Shown here: piece after piece, positions 6,897 through 12,255 of the stretch
Position numbering within the stretch: position 1 is the first letter of the stretch
Layout of the letters: each line of letters starts with the position of its first letter
Assembly (NCBI GenBank): GCA_003133025.1
Contig: PKZK01000131.1
Coordinates: 1 to 12,255, forward strand
Direction of reading: 5' to 3'
DNA: 12,255 nucleotides
DNA from: Vulcanimicrobiota bacterium
GTDB taxonomy: Bacteria > Vulcanimicrobiota > Vulcanimicrobiia > Vulcanimicrobiales > Vulcanimicrobiaceae
Program-made: the position numbers and the translations under genes
The notes under the pieces: generated by a model
What the model saw: only the letters and a program-made list of their open reading frames with translations
Databases searched by the model: none
What the model was told of the DNA's origin: nothing

Positions 6897-8426
6897 GTGC
6901 GACGCTTCGTCAACTGCCGGGCCTACGCTTTCGATCCCGTCGTTCGTGATTATCGGGTGTGCGACGAGATGGCGATCGACGGCTCGACCATCCTCGCCGT
7001 CGGCACCGGCTTGGCGGGCGCGAACGTCGCCACGGTCGACCTCGACGGCGCGACCGTCGTGCCGGCCTTCGCCGATTGTCACCTGCACCTGGTCGAAACC
7101 GGGCTGAGCATCGGGCCGCGCGACCTCGGCGGGGTTCGCGACGCGGCCGAGTTCGCGCGGCGCGTGGCCGCGTTGCCCGCCGACGGTGCGGTGTTCGGCG
7201 CGCACTACGACGAGTCGCTCTGGCACGACGGCGCGCAGGCTGGGGCGGCGCCGCTCGAACGCGCCTTCCCCGACCGGACGGCGATGCTCATTCGCATCGA
7301 CGGCCACTCGTCGCTGGTCAACCGGCATACGCTTGCGGAATTAGCCCTCGATCCCGCGCTCGAAGGCATCGAACGCGACGCGGACGGTGCGCCGACCGGA
7401 CGCCTCTTCGCGGCCGCGAATTGGGCCGCGCAAGCGAAGTTCTACGCGCTCTTGCCCGAGCCTCAACGCCGCTCCGCAATAGCCGATGCGCTCGAACTCG
7501 CGCTCTCGCGGGGCGCCGTGCACCTGCACGCGCAGTTGATGGGACTCGATTCGCGCGAAGCCTATGCCGACGAGATCGAGACCTTGCGCGGGCTCGGGCG
7601 CGCGAAGTGGCATCCCAAGATCTGCGAGCGCGATGCGGCGCTCGCGCGCGATCTGGGATTGCCCTACGTCGGCGGGGACGTCTTCCTCGACGGTTCGCTC
7701 GGCAGCGGTACCGCGGCACTGTGCGCGCCCTATTGCGACCGCCCCGGAAACGGACGGCTGGCGCTCGACGACGACGCGGTGCACGCGTTCTTCGCCGAGG
7801 CCGACGCGCTCGGAATCGCGGCCGGCGTGCACGCGATCGGCGATCGCGCGATCGAGCAATGTTTGTCGGCCTGGGAGCGCGTCGCGCGCGACAACGGCGG
7901 CCGGCTGCGCGCGCGCCATTTCATCGAGCACTTCGAGCTGGCGAGCGCGGACCAGATCGAGCGCGTCGCCGCACTCGGCTTGTATCTCTCCATGCAGCCG
8001 CAGTTCGATGCGCTGTGGGGCGCGCGCGGCGGCATGTACGACGCGCGACTGGGCTCCGAACGCGCGCGCGGCATGAATGCGCTCGCCGCGGCGCTCGCAG
8101 CCGGTGCGACGCTCTGCGGCGGCGACGACAGTCCGGTCTGCGCGCTCGCGCCGCTCGAGGGCATGGCGGCCGCTTGCGCGCATCACAATCCGCTCTCGCG
8201 CTTGACGCCGCTGCAGGCGCTGACGATGTACGCATACGATGCGGCGCGTCTGGGTTATGCGGAAGACAGCACGGGCGCGCTCGCGCCCGGCTTCGATGCG
8301 GATTTCGTGGTGCTCGACCGCGATCCGTTTGCGCAGGGAGACTTTGCCGGCACGAACGTGCTCGAGACGTGGGTGCGCGGCGAACGCGTCTACGCCGCAT
8401 CCGCGCGGACGGGCTCGAGCGCCTAG
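6897..8426 (+). CDS. Metal-dependent amidohydrolase, YtcJ-like (Amidohydro_3)
   Basis: VDLDGATVVPAFADCHLH, RIDGHS, FLDGSLGSGTAAL, HAIGDRA, IEH, SMQPQF, DSPV, GALAPGFDADFVVLDRDP. Confidence 0.9.
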   Translation: MRRFVNCRAYAFDPVVRDYRVCDEMAIDGSTILAVGTGLAGANVATVDLDGATVVPAFADCHLHLVETGLSIGPRDLGGVRDAAEFARRVAALPADGAVFGAHYDESLWHDGAQAGAAPLERAFPDRTAMLIRIDGHSSLVNRHTLAELALDPALEGIERDADGAPTGRLFAAANWAAQAKFYALLPEPQRRSAIADALELALSRGAVHLHAQLMGLDSREAYADEIETLRGLGRAKWHPKICERDAALARDLGLPYVGGDVFLDGSLGSGTAALCAPYCDRPGNGRLALDDDAVHAFFAEADALGIAAGVHAIGDRAIEQCLSAWERVARDNGGRLRARHFIEHFELASADQIERVAALGLYLSMQPQFDALWGARGGMYDARLGSERARGMNALAAALAAGATLCGGDDSPVCALAPLEGMAAACAHHNPLSRLTPLQALTMYAYDAARLGYAEDSTGALAPGFDADFVVLDRDPFAQGDFAGTNVLETWVRGERVYAASARTGSSA

Positions 8427-9419
8427 ATCAGCGAGATCGTCTCGGTCTTCTTCGGTTGCGCGGCAAGTGCCGCGAGCAGCGAACGCGCCAGGTCGTCGGC
8501 GACCGGATCGTCGAGTTCGTCGAGTTTGCCCGCATCGGCGATGGCCATCAGTTCCGGCCGCAGCGGAATGCGCGCCAGCACCGGCGCCTTGGCGAGATCG
8601 GCGACCTGATCGGCGTAGCTCGGGCCGAAGACGTCGTACCGCACGCCGGTGTCGGGCGCGACGAAGTACGACATGTTTTCGACGACGCCCAGAATCGGCT
8701 TCTTCAGTTGATGGATCAGGTTCGCGGCCTTGCGCACGATCATCGTGGCCAGCGCCTGCGGCATCGTGACCAGTACCACGCCATCGATCGANNTGTTCGT
8801 AGAACTGGCGGATGACGCCGGAGAGGATCGGACCGCGCCAGACCATCGCCGTGTCTTCCTCGGGCGTCAGCAGGTTGGAACTGACGACCTCGATCGCCGA
8901 GCGGGTCAACGCGGGCACGAAGAGCGGCCGCGGCTGGGCGCTGCTGTCCTGCGGGTCGCGTTCCATGCCCAGCGGCTCGCGCAGGCCGAAGAGGCGCGGG
9001 ATCGACGGACCGGTGATGTCCGCATCGAGGATGCCCACGCGCAGATTCGCGCGGCGCAGGCCGACGGCGAGCATTCCGGTGGTCAGCGACTTGCCGACCC
9101 CGCCCTTGCCGGACATGACCGCAACCACGTGCTTGAACGGTGCGCGGCGTGCGAACGCCCCGGGCGCCCGCTTCTCCGGACGGCGATCCTCGTTCATGAT
9201 CGTGGGCACCCGGCCCGAGAGCCGAGCCTGGGTCAGCGCTGCCAGAATGGGTTCGACCCGCAACCCGTGTGCCGAAGCTCCCTGTTCGAGAGTCTCATTG
9301 GCATTGACCGCACACCCCGTGCAACCCAAACCAAAGGCCGACAGCACGTCTTGGGCTATCGGCAGGGCTGCAACCAGTTCGCGCAGATTGGTCTGCGGAG
9401 AGATTTCTACGTACGGCAT
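8423..9419 (-). CDS. mrp: Mrp/ApbC/NBP35 Fe-S cluster carrier P-loop ATPase with N-terminal DUF1858-like domain; frame break at the NN gap
   Basis: 5' part (ORF from 9419): VMSGKGGVGKS, GILDADITGPS, MVWRGP. 3' part (ORF 8423..8779): DGVVLVTMPQ, PILGVVENMS, ARIPL. The two parts join across NN at 8792-8793, where the conserved WGxLDxLxxDxPPGT segment is missing. Confidence 0.92.
8792..8793. other. Small assembly gap (NN) inside mrp
   Basis: NN coincides with the frame change and with a missing conserved segment of roughly 25-30 aa. Confidence 0.9.
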
Positions 9420-9456
9420 GACGCGGCGGCTACAACACAGCGGGCCGCGTCCGGGT

Positions 9457-9462
9457 TACAAT
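9457..9462 (+). promoter_or_regulatory. Candidate sigma70-type -10 element (TACAAT) for the carotenoid operon
   Basis: TACAAT (5/6 match to TATAAT) in the divergent intergenic region 9420-9527, 65 nt before ATG 9528. No convincing -35 element. Confidence 0.5.
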
Positions 9463-9513
9463 CGGTGCGTGTCGCGCGGCGAGACCGCCGGCCCGACTGT
9501 GGACACATTGAAG

Positions 9514-9521
9514 AAGGAAGG
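9514..9521 (+). promoter_or_regulatory. Shine-Dalgarno sequence for the ORF at 9528
   Basis: AAGGAAGG ends 6 nt before ATG 9528. Confidence 0.75.
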
Positions 9522-9527
9522 AACACC

Positions 9528-9977
9528 ATGGCAGCCTTCGGATCGCTGACGATTCCCCTCGAAATAACCTCATCGCAGGCGAGGGAAGACGCCCTCAAGG
9601 TGCTCAACCAGACGCCCGGTGCGGAGGATGTCTCGATCGATGCCGCCGGAACCGCGTCCTTGAAGCTGCAGTTTCCGGGCAACATCGATGCGTTGATCGG
9701 GAAGCTCCGCGGCAAGCGCGTCCTCGAGGGCCTGCCCTTGCTGACGGTCTCGGTGCCCGTCAAGCCGATGATCGAGCACATCGATGCGGCCGACGTGCTG
9801 GAGCGGCTGCGCGCCTCCGCGACGCTCTCCAACGTCGTCTACGACGGCGCCACCGTGTCGGCCACCGCGATCGCCACGACCTCCGCGCTCCGCTACATCT
9901 TCGAAGAAGTCGTCAATGCGGGGCTCATGCCCGTCGATTTCCCGACCGTCGCCGGGAGTTTGGAGTTCGTCCTCTGA
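9528..9977 (+). CDS. Hypothetical 149-aa protein, apparently two tandem HMA/ferredoxin-like modules without cysteines
   Basis: Strong SD plus ATG, GC3-rich codon use, globular-looking sequence MAAFGSLTIP...GSLEFVL (3' part of ORF 8730..9977). Its stop overlaps the next gene. The fold is inferred from hydrophobic patterning only. Confidence 0.8.
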   Translation: MAAFGSLTIPLEITSSQAREDALKVLNQTPGAEDVSIDAAGTASLKLQFPGNIDALIGKLRGKRVLEGLPLLTVSVPVKPMIEHIDAADVLERLRASATLSNVVYDGATVSATAIATTSALRYIFEEVVNAGLMPVDFPTVAGSLEFVL

Positions 9978-11371
9978 TCGCGACTGCCGATCCCGACGTT
10001 CTCGTCGTCGGAGCTGGTCCGGCCGGCCTCGCAGCCGCCAAATTTCTCGCAGAAGCCGGTAAGTCGGCCGTGGTCATCGAGCGTCGCACGATGGCCGGCG
10101 GCAAGCTTTCGTCGTGGCGCGATCGCGACGGCGACTGGATCGAGAGTGGCCTGCACTCGTTCTTCGGCGGCTACGACCACGTGCACAAGCTGCTCGAAGA
10201 CGTGGGCATCTCGCACCACGTCCTCTGGCAGCCGCATACGCTGACCTGGGCGTTCCCGCCCGGCTTCAGCAACCGTTGGGATTCCACGGACCCCGTGTTC
10301 GAAGAGTTCCACTTCGTCGATCTGCCCGCGCCGCTCAACGGCGTGGGTGCCGTGTTGAAGGGCAAGTACGTCTTCAATACGGTCGAGAAGCTGCTCTTCG
10401 CCAAGGGCACGCTTCCCGTGCTGTTGGGCGATCACGAGTACGCCGAGCGTCAAGACGACATCAGCTACTCGACGTGGCATCGCGCCCGGGGCATGAGCGA
10501 GCACATGTTGCGCGCCTTCTTCGCGCCGATGTCGCTGGCGCTGAACTTCACCTCGATCGACCAGATCTCGGCCGAAGCGATGCTGCGCGTGATGGCCTAC
10601 TTCGCCTCGAGCAAGAACGCCAGCCGGGCCGGCTTCCTCGACGGACCGCCCTCGGAGCGCTTCGTCAAGCCGATCGTCGAGCACATCGGCGCGCGCGGGC
10701 AGCAGGTACACCTCAGCGCGGGCGCCGCCGAATTGATCTTCGAAGGCGACCGCGTGGCGGGCGTCAAGACGCTCGACGGCCGGGAGTACCGCGCCGAGGC
10801 CACGATCCTCGCGGTGCCCGTGCACAATGCGGCGCGGCTGCTGCCGGCGGAGATGCTGCGCGATCCGCTCGTCCACGGCGTGGGCAAGCTCACCTCGAGC
10901 CCGATCATCAACGCGCACCTCTGGTTCGACCGCCCGGTGTCGCGCTTCACCAACCTGATCTTTGCCCCGGGCACGATCCTGCCGGTGCACGCCGACCTGG
11001 GTCAGGCCTCGGCCGGGTACGAGTGGCCGGGTAAATCGTTCATCGAGGTCTGCGTGGCCCCGGCCGACGATCTGATCAAACAGGACGACGAGACGGTGAT
11101 CGGCCGCGTGCTCGACGACCTGCACAAACTGTATCCGCTCGCCTCGCGCGAGAACCTCGTCAAAGCCAAGCTCGTACGCATTCCGCGCAGCGTCTACCGG
11201 GCAAGTCCGGGCGCCGAACGGTTGCGACCAGGCGCGCGGACGCCGGTGAGGAATCTGTTTCTGGCTGGTTGTTATACCAACCATCGTTTCCCCGCGAGCT
11301 TGGAAGGGGCTGTCAGGAGTGCGCGAGTCGCCGTCGACCTGGCCTTGGAGCAGGTCGGTGTTCGAACGTAA
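9974..11371 (+). CDS. crtP: FAD-dependent carotenoid desaturase, CrtP/PDS-like (CrtP/CrtQ family)
   Basis: In frame upstream of the track's GTG 10070 lies DVLVVGAGPAGLAAAKFL (GxGxxG). Then GGKLSSWRDRDGDWIESGLHSFFGGY, LPAPLNG, MSLALNF, FLDGPPSER, INAHLWFDR, LAGCYT, ASLEGAVRS. Adjacent to crtB. Start inferred at CTG 9974. CrtP versus CrtQ is not certain. Confidence 0.8.
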   Translation: MIATADPDVLVVGAGPAGLAAAKFLAEAGKSAVVIERRTMAGGKLSSWRDRDGDWIESGLHSFFGGYDHVHKLLEDVGISHHVLWQPHTLTWAFPPGFSNRWDSTDPVFEEFHFVDLPAPLNGVGAVLKGKYVFNTVEKLLFAKGTLPVLLGDHEYAERQDDISYSTWHRARGMSEHMLRAFFAPMSLALNFTSIDQISAEAMLRVMAYFASSKNASRAGFLDGPPSERFVKPIVEHIGARGQQVHLSAGAAELIFEGDRVAGVKTLDGREYRAEATILAVPVHNAARLLPAEMLRDPLVHGVGKLTSSPIINAHLWFDRPVSRFTNLIFAPGTILPVHADLGQASAGYEWPGKSFIEVCVAPADDLIKQDDETVIGRVLDDLHKLYPLASRENLVKAKLVRIPRSVYRASPGAERLRPGARTPVRNLFLAGCYTNHRFPASLEGAVRSARVAVDLALEQVGVRT

Positions 11372-12255
11372 GTCCGAGATCCTCGCATCGAGCGAAGCGC
11401 CGCTGCATGCGGCGGCGCCCGAGCTTCGTGCTGCATACGCGACCTGCCGCGAAATCACGAGCGTCGCCTCGAAGACGTTCTATTTGGCCTCGCTCTTCCT
11501 CAATCCGGAGCGCCGGCGCGCGGTCTGGGCCGTGTACGCGGTCTGTCGCACGGCCGACGACATCGTCGACCGCACGGCGCCGCCGGCCGAACGCCTCGCG
11601 GCGATCGACGCCCTCGAGCGCAAGCTGCTCGACGCGCTGAGCGGGAATGCGAGTGAACCGATTTTCCTGGCCTACGCCGATGCGGCCGCCAGATACGACA
11701 TCCCGCTCGACCCGGCGCTCGCACTCTTGCGCGGAGCGCGCATGGACGTGACCGTCAGGCGCTACGCGACCTTCGAGGAGCTGTGCGATTACTGCTACCT
11801 CGTCGCATCGACGGTGGGCCTGTTGGTGTCGCCGATCCTCGGCTTCGCTTCGCCCGAAGCGCTCGAGTACGGCATCACCTTGGGCCGGGCCATGCAACTG
11901 ACCAACATTCTGCGCGACGTCGGTGAAGACGCGCTGATGGGCAGGATATACCTTCCTGCGGAAGACCTGCAACGCTTCGGTTACCCCGAGCAGGCCATCT
12001 TCGAAGGCGTGGTCGACGAGCCGTTCACCGAGATGATGCGCTTCCAGATCGAGCGCGTCCGCGCGCTCTACGCCCAGGCCGAGCCCGGCATCGCCCTGCT
12101 CGCGCCCGAGTCGCGCTACACCGTCAAGCTAGCCCTCTCGCTCTACAGCCGCATCCTGCGCTCGATCGAGCTGAATCGCTACGACGTCTTCACCAAGCGC
12201 GCCTACGTCCCGCTCCGTTCGAAGATCGTCACCGCGTTAGGGCTAGCCCTAACGC
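11358..12255 (+). CDS. crtB: Phytoene synthase, 3'-truncated near its end (absent from the ORF track because it has no stop in the window)
   Basis: Own translation from GTG 11358 (GGAG at 11347-11350): SKTFYLAS, AVWAVYAVCRTADDIVD, YCYLVASTVG, MQLTNILRDVGEDALMGRIYLP, NRYDVFTKRAYV. Frame is open to the window end and overlaps crtP by 14 nt. Confidence 0.93.
   Translation, partial: MFERKSEILASSEAPLHAAAPELRAAYATCREITSVASKTFYLASLFLNPERRRAVWAVYAVCRTADDIVDRTAPPAERLAAIDALERKLLDALSGNASEPIFLAYADAAARYDIPLDPALALLRGARMDVTVRRYATFEELCDYCYLVASTVGLLVSPILGFASPEALEYGITLGRAMQLTNILRDVGEDALMGRIYLPAEDLQRFGYPEQAIFEGVVDEPFTEMMRFQIERVRALYAQAEPGIALLAPESRYTVKLALSLYSRILRSIELNRYDVFTKRAYVPLRSKIVTALGLALT

Noticed and set aside
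7341..8790. C-terminal part of the 692-aa minus-strand ORF as an Mrp fusion
   Set aside because: Out-of-frame read-through after the NN gap, antisense to the amidohydrolase.
8780..8810. mrp as a frameshifted pseudogene or programmed frameshift
   Set aside because: The break falls exactly on NN and a conserved block is missing, which indicates an under-sized assembly gap.
8730..9527. 415-aa ORF as a long version of the hypothetical protein
   Set aside because: The upstream portion is antisense to mrp; SD plus ATG at 9528 gives a better start.
9420..9527. PpsR/CrtJ (TGT-N12-ACA) or CarH/LitR 11-bp repeat operators upstream of the crt operon
   Set aside because: Checked by eye: no TGT-N12-ACA, and the ACA motifs (including GCTACAAC and GTTACAAT, 26 bp apart) are not in 11-bp phase.
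834..11972. Many long antisense or alternate-frame ORFs (e.g. 834..2261, 2174..3772, 3145..4317, 6959..8815, 9893..11458)
   Set aside because: Expected shadow ORFs in high-GC DNA; no motifs, and each overlaps a well-supported gene.
9974..12255. Hopanoid hpnE/hpnD pair instead of crt genes
   Set aside because: Motifs (GDWIESGLH, FLDG.P.ER, SKTFYLAS, YDVFTKRAYV) fit CrtP and CrtB better, and no hpnC or shc is visible.
1..12255. tRNA, rRNA, CRISPR array, IS or integrase, tandem repeats
   Set aside because: None seen; the window is almost entirely coding and the GCGCGC runs reflect Ala/Arg codons.

Overview
GC-rich bacterial window (roughly 68-70% GC by eye), densely coding, with three N-gaps that look like scaffold or MAG joins. 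From left to right: (i) a tightly packed + strand run of a 5'-truncated dihydropteroate synthase (folP), an unusual FolK (HPPK)-GTP cyclohydrolase fusion whose cyclohydrolase half looks like archaeal-type MptA/FolE2, a GH1-like glycoside hydrolase, a GT4-type glycosyltransferase and an acyltransferase-3; (ii) an M48 zinc protease (-) divergent from a YtcJ-like amidohydrolase (+); (iii) an Mrp/ApbC Fe-S carrier ATPase (-) with an N-terminal DUF1858-like CxxC domain and without the usual C-terminal CxxC; (iv) divergently, a carotenoid operon of an uncharacterised 149-aa tandem HMA-like protein, a cyanobacterial/Chlorobi-type (CrtP-like) phytoene desaturase that appears to need a non-canonical CTG start, and phytoene synthase crtB running off the end. 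No RNA genes, mobile elements or CRISPR arrays were seen. All family calls come from motif recognition by eye; no searches were run.
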